The notes under the pieces were generated by a model. That model saw only the letters and a program-made list of their open reading frames with translations, ran no database searches and was not told where the DNA came from. Positions 26,216-41,753 of a DNA stretch of 64,000 nt are shown one piece after another (within the stretch, counting starts at the first letter, position 1; each line of letters begins with the position of its first letter). Made by a program: the position numbers and the translations under genes. Location: contig OZ024751.1 in NCBI GenBank assembly GCA_964016885.1, forward strand, positions 53,506,001-53,570,000, read 5' to 3'. The DNA comes from Eledone cirrhosa (Eukaryota).

Positions 26216-26789
26216 TATAATAATAATAATAATAAAAAAGACAAGGTGTTAAATCTTCATTACATTTATTGAGGTGTGGCATATGTTTCGCGATTGCTCA
26301 GCTCAAGGTTCGATCTGCATCAATCGGGCCTGACTCAATCAAAAGCTTGTCAGACTTCTAGGACTGTTTCTGACCGTAGAAAACCAGCCAAAAACAGTCC
26401 TATATGAGTGAGACATGGTCACCTGACCCAACTTGAATCTAAATGGGAAAAACCTGTCTAACCCATGCTAGCGTGGAAGATGGACATTAAACAATGACGA
26501 TGATGATATATAGTAGAATAATATTCCAATTAGAATGGATAGGAACCACAATTAAAGTATAGAGAGTGTTCTTGAGTTTATTTCATTTATAAGTGACTTC
26601 AACTGGACTAGAACTGTTTTATTCAATAGTGAAACCATCTGGGGTAGTTTAAATGATTTCAAAATTGATTCATATTAAAGTATTAAAGATGCTCTGTGTT
26701 GTAGACATGTTAAATATTCTAAGATGTCATAGTGTTAGTGTTTCATACATATATATGTGTGTGTGTTGTGTGCAAGTGTGTGTGTGTGT

Positions 26790-27130
26790 TTGTGTATTTG
26801 TGAGAGAGAGAGTGGCACAGACAGACTATGTGTGTGTTGGGTGCAAGTGTGTGTTTTGTGAAAGACAGAGAGAGCGACACAGTGTGTTGTGTGTGTTTGT
26901 GTATTTGTGAGAGAGAATGGCACAGACAGAGTATGTGTGTGTGTATTTGTATTTGTGAGAGAGAGAGTGGCACAGACAGAGTATGTGTATGTGTATTTGT
27001 ATTTGTGAGAGAGAGGGTGGCACAGGCAGAGTATGTGTGTGTGTGTGTGTGTGTATTTGTATTTGTGAGAAATAACAACATAGAGACAGAGTATGTGTGT
27101 GTGTGTTTATATTTGTGAGAGCAAGCAACT
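26790..27130. repeat. ~48-bp minisatellite (gtatttgtgagagagagtggcacagacagagtatgtgtgt)
   Basis: About 6 diverged tandem units. Confidence 0.85.
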
Positions 27131-27138
27131 CAGAGACA

Positions 27139-27181
<43 letters not shown>

Positions 27182-27729
27182 CTTGTATTTGAGAGGGCAA
27201 GCAACACAGAGACAGAGAGTGTGTGTGTGTGTATGTGTGTGTGATAGTGTTGTTTATTCTGTTATTTATTTTGTTATTTTACTTATGCTACAACTATATT
27301 CGGCTATGTCTATTTTGGATTATTTCTATTTTTGTGATTTATCTTATCGATGTTAATCATTTTTTTTTTCTTTTTAAGAGAAAAAGTCATTTTCTTAATT
27401 CTCACAATTCTAAACAAACTCTGGTTTTTTCATATTCAATATTCATAAACAAACCTGGTTCTTTGGATCAATGACTCAAGTACAGCTAATAGATCAGTAT
27501 TGCCATGGGGCAAACTGTTTTTGTCTTTCATAATTGTTCTCTACATTACTAGGATATTTGATACATGAAACATTAAAAACATAAGCCAGAAACAAATATA
27601 TTATGAGAGGAAGGACATCATCACCACCAGCATCATCGCCATCATATATATATATATCATCATCATCATTGCCATCATATACATATATATATACATATAT
27701 ATATATATATGATGGCAATATATATATAC

Positions 27730-27832
<103 letters not shown>

Positions 27833-27920
27833 CATATAAACTTTGTTTATTTGTCTTTAACATTTTTCTAATTCACTTTGTCCTTATCTAAACCTTTTCA
27901 CTTGGTGCATTTAGCTTCTA

Positions 27921-28011
<91 letters not shown>

Positions 28012-28593
28012 CACCAATGCACACATGCATATATATATCTGTATAACACAAGCAAGCATTCAACTAATATATCATCATTGAATTGTATTCTTCTCCTGCA
28101 TTAATTTTCATCATTGAATTTATATATATATGTGTGTATGTGTGTGTGTTGTTTCCTTATCTATGTGGAGAGGGACTTGTTATTTTTATCATTTATTTTT
28201 CATGTTGCCTGTTCATGCTAATTAGTAGGACTTTGTTTACTTTTAAGTTTTGAAAGTGGTGATTACTTTATTGTCATTCCCATTTTGGTCTTGAAGGCCT
28301 ATTCTTGCCATTTTTGTTTTTTTAAATTACCAAAAAATTATAGGAAAAGCATGGGTTAAGGTGGGAGTAGCATAGAATAACAATAATTAAATGTAGAATA
28401 AAAGAGTAAAAAATAAGAGTGTATCAAGGCATATATATCCTATTTATATATCAGTTTTAGGAGAGTCATCTTGGAATGGTGCACGGAATTGTTTAGCTTA
28501 TATTTCCTAAGCTCTTCTATTCAGTTAACATCCAATCTTATTCACAATCATGAGGTTGTGAGTTTGGTTCTTCGACCGTACGATGCATTATAA

Positions 28594-28790
28594 AATAATA
28601 ATAATGAAATTATTGTGTACAGTGCTCAGGTGCACTACAACTCATCAAAAGTGCATGTATAGTACATAGAATAATGTACAAATGTCAGGAAAATGAATAG
28701 TGTACAAGTCATAAAATACATGTGTGCGTGTGTATGGAGGGGGAATATCAGGTATAGTGTTGGTGAATCTCAGGAAGCATGGAAGTTATG
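28594..28790 (-). mobile_element. CR1-type LINE 3' end
   Basis: Closely similar to 57521-57710. Confidence 0.7.
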
Positions 28791-29937
28791 TTCTTGAACA
28801 AGACATTTTATTTCATGTTGCTCCTTCTGCCAGGAGTTGCAACTGGTAGATGGTATCAGCAATTGGTAAGACCTATGTAAACATTGTTTCCTTTATCTAA
28901 TCTGACAAGTTCCACTCGATTCAATAAATGAATGAGGTCTGAGATCTTGTTAATCTTTAGAAAAAAAGATATTTGGCGGAAGATGAATTGGTGAGGCAGT
29001 AGTTATTCTCTGATTTCATTCTCTGAACCTAACTTGGTGTTTTGAGTTTGATTAATTCATCTCTTATTTATTTGCAAGATCCAGAGGAAAGTGGAATATA
29101 TTTGGTCTTCACAGTTCCATTTCCAAAAGACAGGTGAGATTGATTCCATTGATCTTCCACTCAAACTTTTACAAGCCAATGCCTATAGGAAAGACATATG
29201 TTAGGAAGGGATTCCACCGGGGGAACAACGCCTGGGGAGGAAAGACTGTGGGCACATTTGGCTAATTCTATATTCATTTTATATATTCTATTGAATGAAT
29301 TCATCCTCCAGTTGTATGTTATCTCTTGTATAAAGATTTACAGCATCGACATAGAGGAACTATTTTATAATTTACCCACAGTATTTGTAACCATTGCTAG
29401 TTTCATACAGCAAATGGAGTTAAAGCTAGACAAAATAATTTAGTAGACAAGAAAAGGTGTCTTCCTGAATAATTCTTATTATTATGTTTATGGTGTAATG
29501 GCAGTTTTCTATCATATTATCTTTATATTGCAATGTTATTAGTGTTTTCCATTTCGACATGGAGCGTTTTGATATATTGCCTTAATATTGCAGCTAAGTT
29601 GTTTATATGTTGTGTCACCAACATTCCTAAGTGTGATATGCTGTCAAAGGTTTTTAGCTAATCAATCCTTGGAGTGTTATATTTTGGTTTTCTCTCATTT
29701 TTTTTAGTCTTGGCAGCATATTAGCAAAGTTGTATCAGCATTGGGTTAAATGCATTCTGAATTCAAATCTCACTGAAGTCAACTTTGCATTTCATCCATT
29801 TGGAGGTAAATCAATTAGCTAACTACAAACATACATACATAATATATTTACATACATATGCACATACATACATACATACAGGTATACACAAACAAGCATA
29901 AATATATACATACATATATAGTTTACATGTGTTGGCA

Positions 29938-30278
29938 TCATCATTCATCATTTCATCATTTCATTTTTACGTCCGCCTTTTCCCTGCTTGCAAGGGTGGG
30001 ATGGGAACTGATTCTGGCTTGATTTCTACAGCTGGAGGCTCTTCCTAACACCAACCTCATTTACAGTGAGTGCTGGGTGCTTTTTTGCCGTGGCACCTCC
30101 ACGACCACTTTGCAGTGGAATGATATGGACACCAGTCCCTATCATCTCATTTCTACAGCTGAGTAAACTGGAGCAATGTGAAATAAAGTGTCTTGCTCAA
30201 GGAAACAACACATCACCCGGTCTGAGAATTGAACTCACAACCTTTCGATTGCAAGGCCAATGCTCTAACCACTAAGCC
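29938..30278 (-). mobile_element. SINE family 1
   Basis: Near full-length copy. Confidence 0.85.
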
Positions 30279-31968
30279 TTTAAACCACTAAGCATGTATA
30301 TATTAATTTTCTTATTATTTAGCTGGCGTTTGGAAGACAACTTAAAGGTTCTTATAGAAAATTGATGGAAATTTTCAATCTATATATATAATATTTTAAC
30401 ATATAACATGAAAACCTGCTAGTACTGGTGCTACAATAAAATAATGGTTCTATCTGTAGTATGTGAGCTCAGCGGCTCTAATTGAGTACTAACTTGATCT
30501 GTGATGACATGTCTAATTCTTGCTATAAGGGAAAGCAGATATCAAATGTTGATGATTATAATGATAAACATTTTAAAGCAGGCAGTTTTTATCATAAAAT
30601 CAGTGGTGGTTTGAGATGGTTTGCCATCAAAAAGGTTAATTCAAGAAACTTAATGTCTGTTCTGCTCTTCATGAGTTTTTCTTGTGTGGTCGAATGGCAA
30701 GCAGTATATTTGCTATATCACAAATTTCTTTAACCTTTACATATATGAGCTTATTGTTTAATCTTAAAGCTTCAATCCATTCAGCAGACCTATGATATGA
30801 TCAAAGTTGTGACTATCTTATCTTTCATTTTTAGACTTAGTGAGTCAATAAATAAAAGACAAACCTAGAGCAGTTGTCTGGTGTAGTTATTAGAGTACCA
30901 GGTGGGTTGCTTTGTGGTATTTGTTCCAGCTCTTTATTTTCTGAGTTCAAATACCATACTGGCCTCCTTTAGTGTTAGACTTAATCTGTCATGGATTAAC
31001 TCTTTCATTACCATACTTCTGGAATATGTGAGAGGTTCAGTATTTTTGTTTTTAATTCCACCCAGAGAGTCAAGGAGGTCTTAACATGCTCTGAACCTCA
31101 CTAGGTGCCATCATCCTCCCATTTTACTGGTGCCAATATCTCTTTTATAGACATCATGTCTTTAATTATTGTTTTTTATTTTAAATCTGTTGCATGCTGT
31201 GTCCTATATTTTACCCTACAAAATGATTGTCTTCCTACATCGCAAGCAATATTTATTTTTATTGGGCAACTGCGGACTAATAAACATCACTATTATTATT
31301 GAAATTAATAGTAATAATAATAATAATAATAACAACAATGACAATGATAATGATGATTACTATTAAAACAATGAGTATGATGTGTGACAAACATACAGCC
31401 TATAAAGCAGTAGATAAACAAAGACATTGTGAAATTAATACACACAAAAAATATTTAACGACCTCTCATATCTTATATCTGCAAACTTTAATGCTTCCAG
31501 AAACTGGAGCTCAATTTTAATGTTCATATGTATGTGTGTATGTGTGTATGTATGTGTGTATGTATATGTGTATTATGTGTGTGTATGCATGTGTATGTGT
31601 GTATGTGTGTGTATGTATGTGTGTATGTATGTGTGTATGTATGTGTGGATGTATGTATGTATGTGTAAGTATATGTGTATGTATTTATGTATGTATGCAT
31701 GTGTGTGTAAGTATGTGTGTATGTATGTGCATTTGTATGTGTGTGTAAGCATGTGTGTATGTATGTGCGTTTGTATGTGTGTGTATGTATGTATGTTTGT
31801 ATGCGTATGTGTGTATGTATGTGCATATGTATGTATTTATGTATATGTGAGTGTATGTATGTATGTGTGACAACGTCACCCGCCTAACATCGCCCACAAC
31901 AGGACAACCTGTTTAACCCATGCTAGCGTGGAAGAATGGACGTAAAACAGTGATGATGATGATGATGA

Positions 31969-32025
<57 letters not shown>

Positions 32026-32795
32026 AATATATATACATATAAATATATCATACATACATATATTTATGTATGACTGTGTGTGTATGCATATACATAATAT
32101 ATATTTTTACATTTGTACATGTGTGTATATATCTATTTGCATATATAACTGTATATGTGTTTCTGTATCTGTATAGTTGTGTATGCTTGTATGTGTCTTA
32201 GTGTAAATGATAATTTTTGCAAGCAATTACCTACTCTATCACTTTGTAATTTCTTCAAACTGAAATCTCTAGATGAGTGTTATTACCTGTAATTATCTCT
32301 CTTTAATTATAAAAATTTTAATTGCTTTTTTTTCTAAAACCTAGATATGTAAATATAAATTTTCTATAGGTTACACTCTCTTTGTGTTTTATATTATAAA
32401 TAGACATGAATTATATTTAACAAGACAGACTAACGAACATCTATATGTTGCTCTATGTAGTGATTAAGAGGTTTCCAGATTCAATCTCACTGCATGGTAT
32501 CTTGGATTAGTGTTATTTGTCATAACCTAGAAGTTGATCCCAGCTTTGTTTGTGAAACTGGGCAAATGGAAATTGTTTGGTGGAATTCTTAGAAATCAGA
32601 TGAGAAGCCTTGTAGTATTTGGTTTGATGCTTTCCATTCTGAGTTCAAATCCTGCTGTAACCTACTTTTGTAGTAAATTTAATATGTCAACGGTGGTTTA
32701 TAAGTGTTGTTTGTAATTTATTGATAGAAAACAAAGTTTATTAAATATAGTGTAACACTATTTTTGTCATTCCAAAGATACAAAGAACTGCTTAC

Positions 32796-32895
32796 CATCG
32801 TCCAAGATAGTGACTACGATACCATTTCCAGTAAGGTTCTGGGCCCAACATGGGACAACTAAGAGATCAGCATATTTTAAGGATTTGGGGTTTCT
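32796..32895 (-). CDS. PCSK1: PC1/3-like exon with catalytic Asp
   Basis: tacag|AGA...GAT G|gtaag, 100 bp, RNPKSLKYADLLVVPCWAQNLTGNGIVVTILDD(G). Confidence 0.92.
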
Positions 32896-34732
32896 CTGTA
32901 AAAAGAAAGCAAGCGAGTTAATTCATTAGTGATGTTACTAAACAATTCACTTCTGTTTTACACACACATATATATATACACACACACAACAAATAGGTTT
33001 CATCCTCACCAGGAAACAAGATAGGTGAATGGCAGTAAATGAGTAAATTCCAAGTCCTTTTCTGGAGTAGAATGTATTTCCCAACATAGGTTAGTTGTTA
33101 GTAACCTTACATTAAGTGTTAGACAGACTAAGAGACAAAAGTCAGTCTGGAGAAGGAGAACATGGAAGCTGAGTAAACCCCCAGCAGGCGACAAATTCAG
33201 AGAAATTCTACTTGATTAGCATAGAGAAAAATTGGAAATTTGAGATATCTTGTTGAAAGCCATTTGCTAGTTCTCTGGTTAGAGTAAGGTCCCAGCAAGT
33301 CAGTGTGTGATTTTGAGGTGGAATGATAAAGTAAATAGACTCATAAAAAACAGACAAGCCTAGAGAGATTGAAGGAAAGGAGACAGCAGAAGACAATACA
33401 AGATAGTTAGAAGAGAAGCTAGATGACAGATGTACCTCCCAAAGAGAGACACAGTAAGGAAGTTTGTATATGTTTTATGCTAGTGCCATGAAAAATGTGG
33501 CCAGAACACCCTGTATAACAGTTGGCAGTAGGAAGGGCAGCTCACTGTAGAAATCAGGCCCCAAAAAGCTCAAGAAGACACTTCAGTTGTGTTAGAGCCC
33601 TAATAACAACCCATACTCAGCACACTCTGTAAAGTAGTTTGTGATATGAAAGGCATTCAGCTATAGAAAACCTGCCAAACAAAGAGTTAGGAGGACAATT
33701 CAGCTGTGTCAAAGACATAACAACCTCCCTAGTGCTGGTGTCATGATAGAATGCATTTGGTAGAGCATAAGATCATATATATAAGCAAGTTGCAGCCACC
33801 CACCTGCCAGCCTACCTGAGAAGTCAGTAGCCCCGCTTGAGTAATGTTTCAATCTGTGAAAACACATCCATCCCTTTGCTGGCAGGGAAAACAAATGGAG
33901 GAAAAGAGTAATCAATATATACATATCGTGGCAGTTGAGAATATTTATACCAACAGTTTGATATATTTTTGCCATTACTAAATTGTTTCATGACCAGAAA
34001 TACACACAACCCATTTAAATACATTGAAATAAGTAAAGTCTAAAATGGAAGGAGTGATAAACTAATACTTTATAAAGGACCTTCATTGGTTGGTTTAGAA
34101 TAGGTTTTATATACACTATCCTTCATTGCACCTTCTCTCTCTGTTTTCACACACATTCTCTCTCCCTTTCTTTCTCTCCCTCTCTCTTTGATTTTATTCA
34201 TACCTTTCTGTTTTGAGTCTCACTTTCTCTCATACTTTCTTACATTCTATCAGTCTTTCTAACACATATCCTCTCCATCAATTTTCATCTGTATCCCTTA
34301 TTTTCTTTATTTCTCCTCCTCTTGCACCCCCATCACTCCTTTCACACACATTCTCTCTCTCTCTCTCTCTCTCTCCATCTCTCTCTCTCTCTCTCTCTCG
34401 TTGTCTGTTCGTATTCTTACTTCTCTCTATCATTCAGTGATAAACTGTAATTTGACTGAAAGTAATTTTGGTTGTGTGTTTGTATGTATGTTTGCATGTG
34501 TACATATGTGTGTTTGTGCATGTATGCATGTGTATATGTGTATATGCATGTGTTTACATTTGTGTATGTGCATGTGCCCACATGTGCATATGTGTCTATA
34601 TGTGTGTGTGCATGTATCTGTATGTGTCTGTGGAGCTATGTAAGTTTGTATATGTGTGAGTGTGGTTGTGGTGAAGGTTAACCATTATTTAACACAAGCC
34701 AACACGTAGTTCATTTCAAAGCTGAAACTTAC

Positions 34733-34849
34733 CAAATACCATTCTTCATTCCAAAGTGAGTCAGAAAAGGCGTCTTTCCTGTAAAGTCCCAATCTCTTTG
34801 CAGACCGCTTGGTTCGTCGTTTGATCTGTTGTTGTTCAACCCAAGCAAC
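34733..34849 (-). CDS. PCSK1: PC1/3-like exon with prodomain cleavage site
   Basis: cag|GTT...TTG|gtaagt, 117 bp, VAWVEQQQIKRRTKR/SAKRLGLYRKDAFSDSLWNEEWYL. Confidence 0.92.
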
Positions 34850-34971
34850 CTGGATATTGCAAAGAAGAATTTATAGATATTTAGTACTTGGTATGATAAT
34901 TTGGTGTTCTTTGGATTACATTTATGCTGAAAATTATCAGTTTGTTTGTGGAACCACAGGAAAAAATTTGC

Positions 34972-35009
<38 letters not shown>

Positions 35010-35677
35010 TGAACCTAATATGACTTTTTTTTTTTGCATCCATGTGTTTGTTTCATTTCATTTATCGACTATATATATATATACACACACACATACAAAC
35101 ACATATATATATATATAATGATGATGATGATAATGGCATATATATATATATACATACATACACCACACAGACACAAAGATATGTATGGGAATGATATTGA
35201 GAGAAAAAAATACATATTTATGCACAAATACTGGAATGTTATCAGTAAGATATCGATTGATATGTAATTTAATAATCAATATAGGATGTCATTGAATATA
35301 ATTACATAAAATCATTACAACATTTATTTGACAGCATGGTATTACATGCTTGATTTAACCTTTCCGAGAATTCTTAATTTTTTGGTGCAGAGAAATGCTA
35401 TGATCACAAAGCAGTTCATGTAGTATTATATAACCTTATTAAGTAGTTGTTAGCTCTACAAGGAAAGGAAAGGAGACAATCATCACATCAGACCAAGAAT
35501 ACAATGAATCCATTGGTTTTTCCATTGCTAATACCATCTGCTAATTGCAACTCCTGGCAGGAGGAGGTGGGATTTGAACTCAGAATACACAGATATTGCA
35601 AACCATTAAAGTAATAATGATGGTTGTAGTAATACTAATAATTCTAATGATATTATTAATGATAATAACAACAACAA

Positions 35678-35872
35678 CTTGGTGAATATGCTGTGGGACA
35701 AAGAATTAGAACATAATAGGCCTAACCTGGTGGATTTTTGACAAGGAAAAAAGATTTTGGTTGATTATATATGCAGTTTGCCTCTTTGACACAAGAGTGC
35801 AAGAAAAGAAGAAGGAGAAAATTAACCAGTACCAGGATTTAAAGTGGGAACTGAAAAGGATTTGGAACTATC
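35678..35872 (+). pseudogene. Restriction-like endonuclease fragment of an R4/Dong-type LINE
   Basis: LWD..HNRPNLV...D.RV.EK..EKI..YQDLK.ELKRIW with frameshifts. Confidence 0.6.
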
Positions 35873-36770
35873 ATGATCTAAACACTCTAACCATTAAGCC
35901 ATACACTTTAGTACTGAGGTTAATTTAATCAACTTTACCCTTTCCCTAAATTTGCTGACTTTGTAGTTAAATTAGAAATCAATACTAAGTAGTATAAGCT
36001 TTGATCTATCTTTCTATCTTTGACAACTCATGTGACATTTACATTTTCATTGCCTGTTGAGTGAACTAATCAGTTTTGGGAAACCATTACAGTGTTGTTG
36101 TATGATCTTTAACAGAATATTATTATTAATGTTTGTTACACAGTAAGACTAAATACATTTTCACCATATTAATGGGAAATACACTTTACATTTATTTTGA
36201 AATGTTGCTGATTTTTGATAAAAAAATCATTCAACTTATGGTTACAGATTTACTTGAGAGTTTTAGAACCAACTCTAAGTGTTTTAACTCTTTAGCATTT
36301 ACATTACTCTATATTTACTATTATATTTTCATGGTAAAGGCTTTACCTTATATAATTATGTGCCATAATACCGAATCTGAGATATTGATATTATTTATTT
36401 TGAGTGGTGGATTGGCAGTATCGGTAGAGGGTTGGACGCTATGCATAGAGTTAACGCCCTTGCCATTCTGAGTTCAAATCTCACTGAGGTGAACTTTACC
36501 TTTCATTCTTACGGGGTCAATAAAATAAAGTACCAGTAATGCACTGGGTAATTGCTGGCCTTGTGCCAAAAGTAGAAACAATTATTTATTTTGAGAACAA
36601 TACCCTAACATCAGTATGAGCGGCCAGTTACAGCCGGTTTGTACAGAAAGAGGTGAGAGAATTCTGGCCTGATACGTCTGGTTTAAGTGCTAAAGATATT
36701 GTGATACAACAATGATTTGAGAGAGAGTGAGGCGGGGAGTCATAGAGATAGACAGATAGCGATATATATA

Positions 36771-37588
36771 CAGGGTGCGGACGATATTTGTTCGCAATTT
36801 TCAACTGCTAATTTTATGCAAATTTTTTTTTACTTCTGTTGTCACTCTTGTCTTCATAAAAAAAACAGTGACTATATTTCCATTATTTATTTTCAGAATA
36901 ATTGATTATGAATAATTTTGAACCTCCAAATTTGTGGAAGAGACACAGAGTTCTTCTTGTAATCTGCGCCGGGAGGACAAATAAGGCCAGAAGATCAACT
37001 CCCTGAACAACAGGTGGCTCACTGTCTCATCCAAAGACGTGCCCAAAGTCATGCAGACAAAGTTTCCAGCGACAACATTGGTCTTATGTGTCGTCAGCAG
37101 TCAAGGTGACGTCATGCCACCTCACTTCTTCCCTGAGGGCCTCAAGCTGAACACCGATGGCTACATCCGCGTTCTAAGTGAGGTAGTAAAGCCCTGGATC
37201 GACCAGGTAGCTGCATGTGTGGTAGCAAGACTCAGCGCCCTGCCATACCAGCTGAAAGACCCAAGCCTGGCTGTCAGAGAACTTCGTCGACCACACTTCA
37301 CCTGACATCCCAGCTCACCTGACTGCAACCCCCTCGACTTCTTTGTGTGGGGCGCAGTGGAACGAGACACCAACAGATCTAGCTGCAATACGAAAGACGA
37401 TCTGAAGGCCAGGATCACAAGTGCCTTTGTGGCTGTCATCAAAGCCAATAGCGAGTTTATCGAGTGAGGTCGAAAGAATAAGTCATGAAGACAAACTGAC
37501 CCAAGTTTGATAAATATATCTTAAAAAATAAAACTACTGTGTTATTTTTTCCTAGACAGTAATCTTGCGAACAAATATCGTCCACACC

Positions 37589-37591
<3 letters not shown>
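36771..37591 (+). mobile_element. Internally deleted Tc1/mariner element (maT/DD37D-like)
   Basis: TIRs CAGGGTGYGGACGATATTTGTTCGCAA, TA flanks; decayed transposase TKFPA..V..VVSSQGDVMPPHFF..VVKPW..QDSAPCH..SSPDCNPLDFFVWG. Confidence 0.88.
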
Positions 37592-37631
<40 letters not shown>

Positions 37632-37640
<9 letters not shown>

Positions 37641-37800
37641 TAGCGTGGAAGATGGACGTTAAACAAAGATGATGATATATATATATATATATTGTTTTCA
37701 AATCCATATTTAATAAACTTAAATATGGATTTGAAAACAATATATATATATCATCACAATCTTTGTTTAACGTCCATCTTCCACACTAGCATATATATAT
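37632..37800. repeat. Palindrome that includes a SINE/RTE tail
   Basis: gctagcgtggaagatggacgttaaacaaagat...aaatccatattta / 7-bp spacer / mirror copy. Confidence 0.85.
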
Positions 37801-37827
37801 CGCTATCTGTCTATCTATCTATCTGTC

Positions 37828-37941
37828 TATTTATTTAGTTATGTAATAAACAACATAAGATAATTATTTAAATATCTGTCTTCAAGAAACCACTGGTAAA
37901 TGAAATAATTATCTTATGTTGTTTATAACATAACTAAACAA

Positions 37942-37945
<4 letters not shown>
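37828..37945. repeat. Short inverted repeat with a hammerhead 3' half
   Basis: tttagttatg.aataaacaacataagataattattt mirrored; right arm reads GAAA-TAATTA-TC. Confidence 0.7.
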
Positions 37946-37993
<48 letters not shown>

Positions 37994-38365
37994 AACAGTG
38001 TGGTGAGAGAGATGTACTGGACTGTAATTTTATTTATCGAATTAAAGGCAAAATTTACCTGGGCAGGATTTGAACTCTAAATGAAGAGAGCTGGAATGAA
38101 TAGGGCAAAGCAATCTATCCGACACCATAATGACTCTGCCATTTTACTGCCTGTCTATCTAATAGAGTGTTTATACTGAATTATTTTAGAGATAAAGCAT
38201 AGAAAGGCAGACATATGCTGATGATGATGATATTGGAAGTAGGAGAGATAATATACTAGCCATGACAGCACGAACCAATAACCTGATTGATTGATAGTTA
38301 ACTTATTGATTAAACTGATGTTTCTTTCTTTCTCTCATCCCTCCTTACTTTCTTTATCTATGTGT

Positions 38366-38414
<49 letters not shown>

Positions 38415-39071
38415 TATATATATACATATGTGTGTGTGTGTGTGAGTGTGTGTGCACATGTAAACATGTTTATCATTATTTGTGTGTGTATGTGTGTGTG
38501 AGTGTGTATGTGTGAGTGTCTATGTGTATGTTGAAGTGTGTATGGATGTGTGTATGTGTGCTTGTGTTTGTGTGTGTTGAAGTGTGTATGTATGTGTGTA
38601 TGTGTGTTTGTGTGTTTGTGTGTGTTGAACTGTGTATGTATGTGTGTGTGCTTGTGCTTGTTTGTGTGTATGTGTATGTGTCGCATGCTTGTGTGTGTGT
38701 TGTGTGCTTGTGTGTGCGTGTGTACAACATTGACACTGAAGCAACAATGGAGATTGGTTCTTTTGCCAAATTACCAGCGATGACGTCACATCATTCCTGT
38801 GTAGGCCGCAAGTTTAATTGAAGTTAGGCCTCCTGGTAGGCGGAGTATGTTTAAATGTGTGGGCATTTATATATATATATATATAAATCTACATATATAT
38901 ATAAATTATATATATATAAATTATATATATATAAATTATATATATATACACAAACATGTATGCATATAATATATATGTATACACAAAAATATATGCATAT
39001 AATATATATAAACACACTCACATATATAAATATAATATATATATATATGTGTGTGTATGTGTCTGTGTGTG

Positions 39072-39124
<53 letters not shown>

Positions 39125-39214
39125 TAGACAGGTAGATAAACTTTTATTATACACATCTTTTGAAGTGCGCATGTCTGTTAATGTGTTGCCTCCAGTACTT
39201 CTATAAGTATACAC

Positions 39215-40183
<969 letters not shown>

Positions 40184-40778
40184 CTGAATTTAATAAACAT
40201 TTATCGTACTGCCTCTCTGTTCTGTCCCTGTTCAATTTTTCATTATATATATATATATGTATATATGTGTATATATGTATATATATATATGTGTATATGT
40301 ATATATATATAAAAGTATATATGTGTGTGTGTGCTAAAGTCATAGAATCGTGTGTTGAAGGGTTTATGTGTTATATACACACAGATTAATGACTGTCCAC
40401 ATTGTGTGACATTTAATGAGATGAGTGTATATAAAACGTAAAACAATTAAGTATCAAAGACCCACCACTACGAAAGCAGCACACAAAAAAATCATTTCTG
40501 GAAAATTTCTAAAGAAAACAAATAAAGTTATTCACAGTTTTAAAAGGATTAACTTTAGAAAATATACAGTCAATAGATCTATGGCAACTACACACGTATA
40601 CATGTGTGTGGGGGTATATATGTATATATATATATGTGTGTGTAGCACTGAATGTCTATTGGGATGATGGAGTTTGGATATGAATGTGTGTGTTTGTATA
40701 TATATATTTATCTTTATAGTTTTACCAACTCCCTCCTCACTATTTCCACAAACACACAGCTGCATCTATATTTCTCAC

Positions 40779-40828
<50 letters not shown>

Positions 40829-41593
40829 CTTAATTACAAAGTGAGATCGATAAAAGGGAATGGAAATATTCAAAGAATGTCTGAATATCCATCCAAGAAT
40901 CAATTGGAAAGTTAGGGGGTGATTTCTAAAATGATGTTTTATATATTATATATACATATCAATAGGGTATCGATCTACACCATTATTTTTATTATTATTT
41001 ATCATCATCATCATCATTTATATATATATAGTGTAGTGAATTTCCTAAAGAATTTTATATCCAAAGCTGGCAGAACAATCAGTCCAAGGAATGAGTTGTA
41101 ATATACAAAATTTGGTTAAATTCACATTTTCATCTGTCAAATATGCACATTTTGCTGGAGAAGTTGTTCCTTCAACAGCTCATCAGTTCGACATATGTTG
41201 AACAGATGAACTGCCAAAAGGAAACCTTTCCCAGCAAAACGTATTCAACAGAGTTTTTTTTTAAACAACACCAACCTTCTCATAACTGGAAAGTTGCTGT
41301 TGTTTCAAAAGACCTTTAGTCATTGTTACATATTTGGCACCATATTCTGTAAACCTACTATGCAGTTGGCTACATAATTCACATTACCCATTATCCTTAA
41401 CTGCCTCTATTCTTGAGTGATTTGTCATATTTTATTTATTGTTTTAATAAACTATGATGATTCCTAGGGTTTGCACTGACTAACAGCGGACTGTTAAATA
41501 AGTTAATTTGCATTCTCACAGGAAGAAACAATTGTCAGTAATTAATTGAATGTCTTAAAATTGGTTAGTAACTACATCACAATTATATATATG

Positions 41594-41653
<60 letters not shown>

Positions 41654-41753
41654 AATTAAAATACTAGAGTGTGTTGGAGTTAAACACCCTCTTCATATTA
41701 TAGAAATGACAGTAAAGATATAGCTCAATGTAATTAAACAGAGCCGAAGAATT

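Noticed and set aside
26790-27130. Regularly spaced repeats resembling a CRISPR array
   Set aside because: Eukaryotic minisatellite with no unique spacers and no cas genes.
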